Shown here: piece after piece, positions 36,900 through 47,685 of the stretch | How the letters are laid out: every line of letters starts with the position of its first letter | How positions within the stretch are numbered: the first letter of the stretch is position 1 | Source of the DNA: an uncultured Bacilli bacterium | GTDB taxonomy: Bacteria > Bacillota_I > Bacilli_A > RF39 > UBA660 | Direction: 5' to 3' | Assembly (NCBI GenBank): GCA_934096715.1 | Contig: CAKOMQ010000005.1 | Span: 1-61,231, forward strand | DNA: 61,231 nt | Notes under the pieces: model-generated | What the model saw: only the letters and a program-made list of their open reading frames with translations | What the model was told of the DNA's origin: nothing | Database searches by the model: none | Position numbers and translations under genes: made by a program

Positions 36900-39096
36900 A
36901 TGAAGAAAAATGCTAATTTATTAGCAACCTTCCAGTTTATAAAAAGCCTACTGGGGGGGGGGCGAGAAACAACAAAAGAAAACTTTAGTTATAGTATTAA
37001 TATTAATAGAATTGCTATTAATAATATGTGCTTATATATCATATAACAATAAAACTTTAGACAAATATATTTTTGGAAGTAGTGATTTAAAGAATACTAA
37101 TCTTTTTGCAATTATGATCGAAGATGCAAATGGAGAATATAAAGAAAGTTCATTAACTTCTTTTCCAGGATATGACTATTTTTATAATCAAGAAAAATCT
37201 AGTTGTATGGATATGTCTGGTAAACCAATAACTGACTCACTTTTATATAATCAAGACACTAAAACAGCAACAATAACAATTGGAGACACAAGTAGTTGTT
37301 ACTTATATTTTGATACTTGGAAAAGTACTCCGAATTTTGCATCTAAATTAATTGAGTCTAATGTGATGTGGCAAAGCGGACTTGATGGAGATGGTTATCG
37401 TTTTACTGGTACTGGATCTTATAGTAGTAGTACTACACCTTCAAACTTTATATGCTTTGGGACATTTGATAAATCTACATGTACAAGTAATCCTGATAAA
37501 TACATGTATCGTATAATTGGAGTATTTGATGGATATATTAAATTAATAAAATTAACAAGTTTAACTAGTAATCTTCAGTACGCAGGAGCTGGTTTTTCTC
37601 AAATTTCGGACTCTGGTCGTGTTTTTGCAAATTCTGTCTTAAAGAAAGAATTAAATGGGACATCATTTCTAACTAATACGACTTATGATTATCTGCAAAA
37701 TACAACTTGGTCAAATAAAATTGCTGTAAATACAAAAAAATCAGTTAATACTACAACATATACAAACAGTGGTCCAAATTATTATAATAGTGTTAGTCCA
37801 AGTCAAATATATCTTCATGAGTATAATAAATCAGGCAATTCTAATACTAATGGAGAATGGTCAACTTACAATGATAAAATTACAGTAATGGATGCAAGTG
37901 ACTATGTATTATCTTTAGGAAGCACAGCGAAATCAATGACTACTGGTACTTATACTAATAGAAATACTTTAAAAACAAGTTGGCTATTTCTGGGTAACAA
38001 TAAATATGGAAATACAAGTGGAAATTACACAACAGAACAAACAACAGCATCTTATGGAATACAATCAACTATAAGTTACATTTATTCTTGGACAATTAAT
38101 CCTAGTGGTTATTTATATCAAACATCTATAAGTAATTCATATGCAGTAAGACCAGTTTTCTATCTTACAAAAGATACAACTAGTAACAATGGTACAGGAA
38201 CATTAAGTGATCCATATTTAATAGATGAAGTTCCTAAAGGAATAAATATTAATTTATCAAATACTGATAATATTCTATCTATTAAAATAACTGATGATTA
38301 TAGTACTCAGCTTAAATATTGTGTTAATAATAGTTCTTCAATAAGTGGATGTGAGTGGAAAAATGTTAACTCAAGTAATATTTCATATAATATGACAGAT
38401 GATGGTACCTATTATGTTCATGTTATAGATAGCTTAGGTTATATAAATCATAATAGCTTTAGTTATGTTGCCAGTGATTCTTATAATTTTGTTTTAGCGA
38501 TACCAGAGAAATGTTCAGATATAAATGGAAATTATTTTAATTTGCAACGTATGCCATCTGCAGAAAAATTAGGTACAAGGGCTGATGCCATAACAGAAGA
38601 AGATATTACTGTTTATGGAGTAAAAACAGAAAATTTAATGAGTTCCGATATTATTAATACAACAGAAAATGGAATAATATCATTTCCAAGTAATTTTGAA
38701 ACACAAAATTCATTTCCTTCATTATTTGATGCTTTGTACACCTGGTACTACAAGCTTACGGCAGGATATTCCCAATTTGAGTATGATTTCTATACACCAT
38801 ATACTATAAATAATGCTAGATATGATGGAATATATCAAAATAAGATGTTTGGAAATAGCTCAGTAGCACTGGATTATGATGAAATAACTTATTGGGTCGG
38901 ATACAAATGGATATTTTATGAAGTACCGCCAGGAAGTAATTTTGATGTCTTGAATCCAGATAGTCAGTATAGAATAAATTTTGTAACTAAAAAAGATACA
39001 ACTTTACCAATATACCAACTAATAAACAATGTGAAACTTCGTGGTAATTATACTTACTATGGTATTTATGAATATTATGAAGTATATTCAGAATAA
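36900..39096 (+). CDS. Phase-variable surface protein C. One RPVFYLT-type domain, an Ig-like module and a unique C-terminal domain. Frame-shifted (OFF) at G10.
   Basis: ATG 36900 reads MKKNANLLATFQFIKSLLGGG and then stops at 37044-37046. The body frame from GGC 36961 encodes GEKQQKKTLVIVLILIELLLIICAYISYNNKTL.... The only in-frame alternative start (TTG 37012) lies inside the TM helix. Confidence 0.75.
36953..36962 (+). repeat. G10 homopolymer tract in the 5' coding region of gene C
   Basis: Counted directly: ctactGGGGGGGGGGcgag. Confidence 0.95.
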
Positions 39097-39240
39097 TTAT
39101 TAATATAATATAAAGAGTATGCTTTCGCTTTCTATCTATAACCTATAAGTATACCTTTATATAGATGACTTCTTAGAAATAAGGGGTCTTTTTCTTGATA
39201 AAATGGGCTAAATAAGATAAAATTATATTGGTGATTATAA

Positions 39241-40548
39241 ATGTTTGAATATATGGGAGATAGATTAAGTAACGCAATTAAGAATATCAAAGGTATGGGT
39301 AAGATTACAGAAGATAATATCAATGATGCAATAAAGGAAATTAGAATGGCTCTTTTAGAAGCTGATGTTAACTATGTTGTAGTAAAAGAGTTTATAAATA
39401 AAGTTAAAGAGAGCGCTCTCGGAGAAGAAGTAGGTAAGAGTTTAAAACCAGATGAATTATTTATTAAAATTGTTAAAGATGAACTTGTAAACTTACTTGG
39501 AACAGACTATGTTCCACTTGAAACTAAAAAGAATCCAACTATTATTATGTTAGTAGGACTTCAAGGTAGTGGTAAAACAACTACTAGTGCCAAAATTGCT
39601 AACTACGTAAGAAAAAAGTTTAATAAAAAACCACTTTTAGTGGCTTGTGATGTTTATAGACCAGCAGCTATTAACCAACTATGTGACCTAGGAAAAAGTT
39701 TAAATATACCAGTTTACAAAGAAGACGGGAAAGATGTTGTAAGTATAGCTAAAAACGGAGTAGAGTACGCAAAGAATAATAACTTAGATTATATTATTCT
39801 AGATACAGCAGGACGTCTTCAAATAGATAAAGAATTAATGAATGAATTAGAATGTGTTAATACAGAAGTAAAACCACATGAAGTAATACTTGTAATAGAT
39901 GCTATGATGGGACAAGATGCGATTAATGTAATAACTGGATTTAATGATAAATTAAAATTAACTGGTTGTGTTCTAACTAAACTTGATGGTAATACAAAAG
40001 GTGGAGTAGCTTTATCACTAAGGCATTTAACACAAGTTCCTATAAAATTTGTAGGAGACTCAGAAAAGCTAGATGGACTTAGTGAATTCTACCCAGAAAG
40101 AATGGCTAATAGAATTCTAGATATGGGTGATATCTTATCTATAGCCGATAAAGTTGAAGGTTTAATGGATGAAGATGAAGCTAAAAATCAAGCTATTAAA
40201 ATGAAAAAAGGAACTTTTGATTTAAATGATTTCTTAAATACAATGAATTCAATTAAGAAATTAGGACCACTTGAAAATATTCTTAAAATGTTACCACAGG
40301 CTAGAAAGATGGGACTTAATAATATCAATATAGATCCTAAAGATATGGCACATATTGAAGCTATTATCTTATCTATGACACCTTATGAGAGAAAACATCC
40401 CGAAGTACTTAAAGCAAGCCGTAAGCAAAGAATTGCAAAAGGTAGTGCAAGAAGTGTTGAAGAAGTAAATAGACTTTTAAATCAATTTGATAGTATGAAA
40501 AAAATGATGAAGCAAATAAGTAATGGAAATATGAAAATGCCTTTCTAA
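39241..40548 (+). CDS. ffh: Signal recognition particle protein Ffh
   Basis: GLQGSGKTTT, DTAGR, TKLDG, and a Met-rich M domain. Confidence 0.97.
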   Translation: MFEYMGDRLSNAIKNIKGMGKITEDNINDAIKEIRMALLEADVNYVVVKEFINKVKESALGEEVGKSLKPDELFIKIVKDELVNLLGTDYVPLETKKNPTIIMLVGLQGSGKTTTSAKIANYVRKKFNKKPLLVACDVYRPAAINQLCDLGKSLNIPVYKEDGKDVVSIAKNGVEYAKNNNLDYIILDTAGRLQIDKELMNELECVNTEVKPHEVILVIDAMMGQDAINVITGFNDKLKLTGCVLTKLDGNTKGGVALSLRHLTQVPIKFVGDSEKLDGLSEFYPERMANRILDMGDILSIADKVEGLMDEDEAKNQAIKMKKGTFDLNDFLNTMNSIKKLGPLENILKMLPQARKMGLNNINIDPKDMAHIEAIILSMTPYERKHPEVLKASRKQRIAKGSARSVEEVNRLLNQFDSMKKMMKQISNGNMKMPF

Positions 40549-40554
40549 GATATT

Positions 40555-40959
40555 ATGAATGATACAACAAAGTTAATGATCCAATTATATAAACTAGATA
40601 CTTTAGGGTATGATTTTATGGGGTATGAGATGTCAGGTAATGGAATGTATACTTATCATCATTTAATTATACCTAAAAGAAATGGCGGGTCATATTCAGT
40701 TAAGAATGGAGCAATAATAAGGCGTATTCCCCATGATTATTTGCATATTATTGAAAAATATGATTTAGAAATATTTAATTTGATTACTAGTGAAATGATA
40801 GATATGAACTTAAAAGGATATCTTGATTACAATAATATAGTACATATAGACAAATTATTAAGTATATTTGAAAGAGACTATGCAAGTGTACATAATAAAA
40901 AAGGTTCAGGTATTGTTAAAGAAGAATATACAAGAAGATTAGTAAGAAGGAAGTATTAG
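40555..40959 (+). CDS. Small hypothetical protein with a possible HNH-like motif
   Basis: YHHLIIPKRNGG...N.....H..LH spacing resembles an HNH core. Weak call. Confidence 0.3.
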   Translation: MNDTTKLMIQLYKLDTLGYDFMGYEMSGNGMYTYHHLIIPKRNGGSYSVKNGAIIRRIPHDYLHIIEKYDLEIFNLITSEMIDMNLKGYLDYNNIVHIDKLLSIFERDYASVHNKKGSGIVKEEYTRRLVRRKY

Positions 40960-40960
40960 T

Positions 40961-41491
40961 ATGAAGAAGTATTTAACTAAGAAAAATATATTATATTTAT
41001 TTATAATTTTTTTAGTAGGGGGATTTATTGGTTGGTTATATGAATTAGTATTTTATTATTTTACAGAAGGTAGAATTACTAATAGGGGAATCCTTTTTGG
41101 ACCATTTCTTCCTATTTATGGCTTAGGTACCGTATGTATATATGCTTTAAAACCATTAAAGAAGAATCCTTTCTTGTTATTCTTAGCATGTATGTTAGTA
41201 ACTGGTCTAATTGAATACATTATAGGTTATATATCTTTTAATATATTTGATATTAAGTTATGGGATTATTCTGGATTATTCTTAAATATTAATGGTATAG
41301 TTTGTTTAAGAAGTGTTGCATCTTTTGCCATAGGTGGATTAATATTTCATTATGTACTAGTAGATCCTTTAAGTAATATATATAATAAAACTAACTTCTT
41401 AGTAACTACAAAAATATGTTATATACTTATGTTCTTCTTAGTATTGGACGCTATTATCAGTCACTTTTATAGAACACCAATAACATATTAA
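40961..41491 (+). CDS. Multi-TM membrane protein (putative ABC-transporter type IV / CmpB-like family)
   Basis: GWLYE...GPFLPIYGLG pattern and 4-5 TM segments. Confidence 0.5.
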   Translation: MKKYLTKKNILYLFIIFLVGGFIGWLYELVFYYFTEGRITNRGILFGPFLPIYGLGTVCIYALKPLKKNPFLLFLACMLVTGLIEYIIGYISFNIFDIKLWDYSGLFLNINGIVCLRSVASFAIGGLIFHYVLVDPLSNIYNKTNFLVTTKICYILMFFLVLDAIISHFYRTPITY

Positions 41492-41502
41492 GGATAAAAT
41501 AT

Positions 41503-42177
41503 ATGAAGAAATTGTTAATAACAGGTATTAGTAGTGATATATCTAAAAGTATAATAAATACTTTTAAAGATGAATATAAAATAATTGGTATATATCATAC
41601 TAACTTAGATTTAAATATTGATAACATTGATTTATATAAGTGTAATGTAACAGATGAAGAAGAAGTACAAAAATTAACTACCATATTAAAAGAAAAATAT
41701 GGTACTATAGATTTACTTATTAATGCACATTCTAAAGAAAGTGACGAGTATATTCTTGATAAAACTGGAGACTGTTTTAATGAAGTATTATCTACTATAA
41801 TAACAGGAACTTTTTTAATGATGAAATATTCTATTAAATATTTAAATGTTTCTTATATAGTAAATGTATCTAGTACGGATTCTATAGATACGTATAATGA
41901 ATACAATCTAGATTATAGTGTTAGTAAATCTGGACTTAATATGATGACTAAAATATTTAGTGAAACATTTCCAAGTATTAATTTTAAACTAATTCTTCTT
42001 AATTATGTGGATACATATACTACTAGATTAATGAATCCAGAGTACTTAAAAAGTGAACTTAATAGAATAGGTCAAAAAGAATTAATAAAACCTGATTTTA
42101 TTGCAGATAAATTGAAAAATATAATTAATAGTAATAATAATAATAATTTAATAGTAAGGATAGATAATAATGATTGA
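41503..42177 (+). CDS. Short-chain dehydrogenase/reductase family protein, divergent
   Basis: TGISSDISKSI (degenerate TGxxxGIG) and YSVSK (YxxxK). Confidence 0.6.
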   Translation: MKKLLITGISSDISKSIINTFKDEYKIIGIYHTNLDLNIDNIDLYKCNVTDEEEVQKLTTILKEKYGTIDLLINAHSKESDEYILDKTGDCFNEVLSTIITGTFLMMKYSIKYLNVSYIVNVSSTDSIDTYNEYNLDYSVSKSGLNMMTKIFSETFPSINFKLILLNYVDTYTTRLMNPEYLKSELNRIGQKELIKPDFIADKLKNIINSNNNNNLIVRIDNND

Positions 42178-43396
42178 TATAGATAAACTAATAAATGATT
42201 GTGAAAAAGAATTAACAAGTGTATACAAAGATATAGATAATAATTTATTAATTAATAGTAAGAAAGTCTTAGATGCTTTTCATTTACATAAAGTAAATGA
42301 GTCACACTTTTCTACTACTACTGGATATGGTTATGGAGATATAGGTAGAGAAGTAACTGAATTGGTATTTGCCACTGTTTTAGGTGGTGAAGCATCATTA
42401 GTAAGAACTCAATTTATATCAGGAACTCATGCTTTAAGTACATGTTTTTTTAGTCTATTAAGACCAGGAGATTTACTTCTTAGTATAACTGGAACTCCAT
42501 ATGATACAATAAAAAAAGTAATAGGTATTGAAGAAAACTCTTCATCTTTAAAAGCCTTTGGTATTATCTATGATGAAATTGATCTATTAGATAATAACTT
42601 TGATATAGATAAAATTACTACATATTTAAAAAATAATAAAGTTAAAGTAATAGAAATTCAAAGATCTAAAGGCTATTCAACTAGAAAGAGTATTTTAGTT
42701 AGCCAAATAAAAGAAGTAATAGAAAAAATTAGAGAAGTAGACAAAGATGTTATTATAATGGTAGATAATTGTTATTGTGAATTTGTTGAACCTATAACTC
42801 CACTAGAAGTAGGAGCGGATGTAATAGTGGGATCACTTATTAAAAACTTAGGGGCAGGTATTGCACCAAATGGTGGATATATATGTGGAAAGAAAGAACT
42901 AGTTTTTCTTGCTAGTGAAAGGCTAAATGTTGCTGGGCAAGGCAGTGAAGTAGGTCCCACAAACAATATGAATAAAGTGTTTTTACAAGGTTTATTTTTT
43001 GCCCCTTCAGTAGTGGCATCTGCTTTAAAAACTTCTGTTTTAACTAGTCTTGTAATGGAAAAATTAGGTTATAAAGTAGAACCTAGGTATAATGATAAAA
43101 GAGCTGATATAGTAGAAAATATTTATTTTAATAATAGCGAAGAATTAATTAAATATACTCAAGGTATTCAAAGTGGTAGTCCAATTGACTCTGATTCACT
43201 TCCTATACCATGGGATATGCCGGGTTATAAAGATCAAGTAATTATGGCAAGTGGTTCATTTGTATCTGGTTCAAGCATTGAACTATCTTGTGACGCTCCA
43301 ATAAGAGAACCATATATCTTATATCAACAAGGATCTCTTACTTATGAGTATGGTAAGCTTGGTTTAATTAAAGCTCTTAAGTACTTTTATAAATGA
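42170..43396 (+). CDS. Methionine gamma-lyase-family / aluminium-resistance (YnbB-like) protein
   Basis: HF..TTGYGYGDIGR...LVRTQFISGTHA pattern. Confidence 0.7.
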   Translation: MIDIDKLINDCEKELTSVYKDIDNNLLINSKKVLDAFHLHKVNESHFSTTTGYGYGDIGREVTELVFATVLGGEASLVRTQFISGTHALSTCFFSLLRPGDLLLSITGTPYDTIKKVIGIEENSSSLKAFGIIYDEIDLLDNNFDIDKITTYLKNNKVKVIEIQRSKGYSTRKSILVSQIKEVIEKIREVDKDVIIMVDNCYCEFVEPITPLEVGADVIVGSLIKNLGAGIAPNGGYICGKKELVFLASERLNVAGQGSEVGPTNNMNKVFLQGLFFAPSVVASALKTSVLTSLVMEKLGYKVEPRYNDKRADIVENIYFNNSEELIKYTQGIQSGSPIDSDSLPIPWDMPGYKDQVIMASGSFVSGSSIELSCDAPIREPYILYQQGSLTYEYGKLGLIKALKYFYK

Positions 43397-43441
43397 TTTT
43401 TTAGAACTTTCCTATAAGATATAAAAAAGCATTTCTAATAA

Positions 43442-44806
43442 TTAAGAAATGCTTTTTATATAATCTCTTACTATTTCTGCATCATCAAAATGATGTTTAA
43501 CGTGTCCAATAATTTGATAATCTTCATGACCTTTACCAAGTATTAATAGGATATCATCTTTTTCTAATATTTCAAGTCCTTTATTAATAGCGTCTTTTCT
43601 ATTCTCAATAACCATGTAATTATCACTCTTATTATCTCTAGTTATATCTTCTAATATTTTTTTAGGATCTTCAGTACGTGGATTATCTGAAGTAAATATT
43701 ACTATATCACTATTATTAGTAGCAATATTACCCATAATAGGTCTTTTTTTAGGATCTCTATCTCCACCACAACCAATAATAGTAATTATTCTATTCTTCT
43801 TAAATTCATTATAGTTATTTAGTATCTTAAGTACTGCATCAGGTTTATGAGCATAATCAATAATAGCAAATCCATCTTTCACTTTAATAGTTTCACATCT
43901 ACCTTTAGGTGGATATAAATACTTTGTATTAAGAACTAAATCATCTAAAGAAAATCCTAAAGTATTAAGAATACTTATACAAGTTAAATAATTATAAATA
44001 TTAAATTTACCAGTTAAGTTAATAGTAGTGTTATATTCTTTATTATCATAAGAAAATTTTAAGTCAGTATGATCAGGTAATATATTATATTCAAGTATTT
44101 TATAATCACCATTTTCTCCAAAAGTTTTAACATGTTCATAATTCTTAAACTTACTGGAGTTTTCATCATCACTATTGACTATCATATAAGCATCATGATT
44201 TAAATAATTCATAATTTTTAATTTTTCATTTAAATAAGCTTCCATTGTTTTATGATAATCTAAATGATCTTGACTAAGGTTAGTGAAAGCTCCAATAGAT
44301 AACTCTACACCTTTAAGTCTTTCAAAGGCTAGGGAATGACTAGATACTTCCATAACTAAATATTCAACATTATCTTCTACTGCTTTAAGTAGTATCTTAT
44401 ATAAGTTTAATATATCTGGAGTAGTATTATTTTCTTCAATGAATATATTATTGTTATAGTATCCAAGTGTTCCTAAATAAGAAGCATTCTTTCCTAGTTT
44501 AAGAAGCATTTGGTATATAAGATAACAGCTTGTAGTTTTACCACTTGTACCGGTAACTCCTATAATTTTTAGACTTTTTATTTTATCTTTATATTCTTCA
44601 CTTATTTTATTTTTCAAATATTCTTCTGTATTATCTACAACTAGATATTCTACATCAGAATCAATATCATGTTCACATATAATTTTACTAGCACCATTTT
44701 TTATTGCGTCATTTATATAATCATGGCCATCTACTGTATGTCCTTTTATTGCAACAAATATTTGGCCATCTTTAACTTTTCTTGAATCTGTTTCATATTT
44801 CATCAT
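43442..44806 (-). CDS. murE: UDP-N-acetylmuramoyl-tripeptide synthetase
   Basis: DSRKVKDGQIFVAIKG, GVTGTSGKTT, TSDNPRTEDP. Confidence 0.9.
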   Translation of the reverse strand: MMKYETDSRKVKDGQIFVAIKGHTVDGHDYINDAIKNGASKIICEHDIDSDVEYLVVDNTEEYLKNKISEEYKDKIKSLKIIGVTGTSGKTTSCYLIYQMLLKLGKNASYLGTLGYYNNNIFIEENNTTPDILNLYKILLKAVEDNVEYLVMEVSSHSLAFERLKGVELSIGAFTNLSQDHLDYHKTMEAYLNEKLKIMNYLNHDAYMIVNSDDENSSKFKNYEHVKTFGENGDYKILEYNILPDHTDLKFSYDNKEYNTTINLTGKFNIYNYLTCISILNTLGFSLDDLVLNTKYLYPPKGRCETIKVKDGFAIIDYAHKPDAVLKILNNYNEFKKNRIITIIGCGGDRDPKKRPIMGNIATNNSDIVIFTSDNPRTEDPKKILEDITRDNKSDNYMVIENRKDAINKGLEILEKDDILLILGKGHEDYQIIGHVKHHFDDAEIVRDYIKSIS

Positions 44807-45261
44807 ATTTAATCACCCATTATATTATAGCATACTAACACACAAAAAGTTAAAAAAACACCTAATATTAAAATTAAAGGAAGAAGATGATTGAAATTAG
44901 AAATATATATATATTTATTATAAAAGAAACAAAAAACAACTATTGTGTTAAGATAGTATTAAAACGGGCAATTTTTTAATACATCTTTTTATTTTAAAAA
45001 TTTAAAAAAAATTTATTCATCTTCTTCCATAAATATAATAACATATTATATTACGTTTTGTCGAATAAAATTTAAGAGAAAAATAAGTTTACAATAAATA
45101 TTAATATTGATAATATGAGAGTGTAGAGAAACTGCTACTACTTTATATCTATCTTTATAGCAGGCCTTTATACATTTACTCATCTTCATTATGAAGGCAT
45201 TTTTTTCTTGAAAAAACATGTTAATTTTGATATTATTGATATAGTAAAGGGTAGTGTGATT

Positions 45262-47673
45262 ATGTTATATAATAATACTAGTAAAAATACTTCTTTAGAT
45301 AGACGCTTTAGTAATTCTAAAGTTGTTTTTAGTGGTGTTAATTATCGTATAACAATTCTTAGTGATAGATTAATCAGATTAGAGTATTCTACGAATAATG
45401 ATTTTAAAGATGATTTATCTCTTTTAGTTAAGAATAGACTTTTTAATGTACCGCATATTAAAGTTACTCAAGATGATAAATATTTGGTAATTACTAGTAA
45501 ATATTTTATTTTGCAGTACACTAAAGAAAAGCCATTTAAAGGACCTAAGTTTGCTCCCGATTCTAATTTAAAAATAAAATTAATAAATACAGATAAATTA
45601 TGGTACTATGATCATCCCGAAGCTCGTAACTTCTTAGGTAGTGCTTTTGCTATTGAAGACTTAAATAGTAAAACTAAGTTAGAAAAAGGTTTGTATTCTA
45701 CAGATGGATTTGCTACTCTTGATGACTCTAAAACTATGCTTGTAGATGAAGAAGGATTCGTTAAACAAAATGACTATACTGGAGTAGATATGTATTTATT
45801 CATGTATAAAAGAGACTTTGGTTTATGTTTAAAAGATTACTTTACTCTTACTGGGTTTCCACCACTTTTACCAAAGTATGCCTTAGGCATTTGGTGGAAT
45901 AGAGATTTAATATATACAAGTGATGACATTAAGAAATTAATTAAATCTTTTTATCATCATAAAATACCTTTATCAGTTTTATTACTAAGTGAGTTCTGGC
46001 ATAATAAAGATAAGAATAACTATAATTTACATAAAACTGGTTTTACATTTAATAAGAGTTTATTTAAAGATCCAAGTGAATTTACAGAGTATGTTCATAA
46101 CCATGGAGTTAGAATAGGTCTTAATATAGATCCATGTGATGGTATTACTAGTTTTGAAGAAAACTATGGAATTATGGCTCATGAATTAGGTGTTGAAAAG
46201 AATGAACCTATAAACTTAAATTTACTTGATAGAAAGTTTGTAGTATCTTACTTTAAAAATTTAATTGAACCTCTTTATAAATATACTGATTTCTTTTGGA
46301 TAGATTATAAAAATGATATAGATAATTTATTGCTTCTTAACTATTATCATTTTAAAGATATGAATAGATTTGAAGATCGAAGGGGACTCTTACTTTCTCG
46401 TAATTCATTAGTAGCAAGTCATAATTACCCTGTTCATTATTCTGGTGAAACAGTAGTTAGTTGGGATACTTTAAAATACTTACCATATTTTAATTTAACT
46501 GCATCTAATATAGGTATGTCTTTCTGGAGTCATGATGTTGGTGGATTTAAAGATGGTACAGAGAACAGTGAATTATATATAAGATATGTTGAAGCCTTAA
46601 CTTTTAGTCCAATATTCAGATTTAGTGCTAAAAGGGGAAATTTCTATAAAAGGGAACCATGGAGTTGGGATATGTTAACATTTACAATAGCGAGTTATTA
46701 TTGTAATTTAAGACAAAGACTAATTCCATATATATATACTGAAAGCAATGTATATCATGAAAATGGTATACCTTTAATTGAGCCACTTTATTGGTTTTAT
46801 CCAGAAATATATGATGAACCTTTATATAAAGATGAATATTTCTTTGGTACAGAGTTATTAGTTAAACCAATTACTAAGAAAATGGATAACATAATGAATA
46901 GAAGTGTTGAAAGAATATTCTTACCTAAAGGTGTATGGTATGACTTTAAAACTGGCAAGAAGTTTATTGGTGGTAAAAGATATGTTGCTTTTTATAAAAA
47001 AGAAGATTATCCAGTATTTGCTAAACCGGGTTCTATTATACCGATGAGTATCTTAGAAGATAATCTTAATGATACATCTTCTTCTAAGAAAATGGAAATA
47101 GTAGTATTCCCAGGTAAGAGTAATAACTATCTACTTTATGAAGATGATGGTATAACTAGATTATATGAAAAAGGATATTACTTAAAAACTAATGTAGAAT
47201 ATAAATATCAAAAAGATAATTTTAGTTTACTTATAGAGCCTAAAGAAGGTAAAACAGGAATAATACCTGATACAAGAGATTATGTTATTAGATTTAAAGA
47301 TACAAGAATGCCTGAAAAAATAGAATTACTTGTAGATGGTAAAGTATTATCTAGTATATATGATTCTCGTGTAGAAGATAATGATTTACTTATTAGTATA
47401 AAAGATATTAGTACTAAAAAACCTTTTCAAGTTAATTGCATGGGTAAAGATATAGAGATAGATGAATTAAGAATTATTAATGAAGATATTAACTTAATTA
47501 TTAGTGATCTAGATATTACTACTTATTTAAAAGAGAGAATAGCGTCTATTATATTTAGTGATTTACCTGTTAAGAAGAAAAGAATTAATATAAGAAAGCT
47601 TAAAAAAGAAGGATTAAATGAATTATTTATTAAAATGTTCTTAAAACTTCTTGAATATATTGATGAAATTTAA
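45262..47673 (+). CDS. Glycoside hydrolase family 31 (alpha-glucosidase/xylosidase-like)
   Basis: FWIDYKND nucleophile region and WSHDVGGF. Start trimmed to ATG 45262, which follows SD AAAGGG. Confidence 0.8.
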   Translation: MLYNNTSKNTSLDRRFSNSKVVFSGVNYRITILSDRLIRLEYSTNNDFKDDLSLLVKNRLFNVPHIKVTQDDKYLVITSKYFILQYTKEKPFKGPKFAPDSNLKIKLINTDKLWYYDHPEARNFLGSAFAIEDLNSKTKLEKGLYSTDGFATLDDSKTMLVDEEGFVKQNDYTGVDMYLFMYKRDFGLCLKDYFTLTGFPPLLPKYALGIWWNRDLIYTSDDIKKLIKSFYHHKIPLSVLLLSEFWHNKDKNNYNLHKTGFTFNKSLFKDPSEFTEYVHNHGVRIGLNIDPCDGITSFEENYGIMAHELGVEKNEPINLNLLDRKFVVSYFKNLIEPLYKYTDFFWIDYKNDIDNLLLLNYYHFKDMNRFEDRRGLLLSRNSLVASHNYPVHYSGETVVSWDTLKYLPYFNLTASNIGMSFWSHDVGGFKDGTENSELYIRYVEALTFSPIFRFSAKRGNFYKREPWSWDMLTFTIASYYCNLRQRLIPYIYTESNVYHENGIPLIEPLYWFYPEIYDEPLYKDEYFFGTELLVKPITKKMDNIMNRSVERIFLPKGVWYDFKTGKKFIGGKRYVAFYKKEDYPVFAKPGSIIPMSILEDNLNDTSSSKKMEIVVFPGKSNNYLLYEDDGITRLYEKGYYLKTNVEYKYQKDNFSLLIEPKEGKTGIIPDTRDYVIRFKDTRMPEKIELLVDGKVLSSIYDSRVEDNDLLISIKDISTKKPFQVNCMGKDIEIDELRIINEDINLIISDLDITTYLKERIASIIFSDLPVKKKRINIRKLKKEGLNELFIKMFLKLLEYIDEI

Positions 47674-47685
47674 TATAATACTTTT

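Noticed and set aside
33923-39096. Genes B and C as ordinary decayed pseudogenes.
   Set aside because: The only lesion in each gene is at the homopolymer. More than 2 kb of downstream ORF is intact in both genes. Both the pre-tract and post-tract peptides are conserved between the copies.
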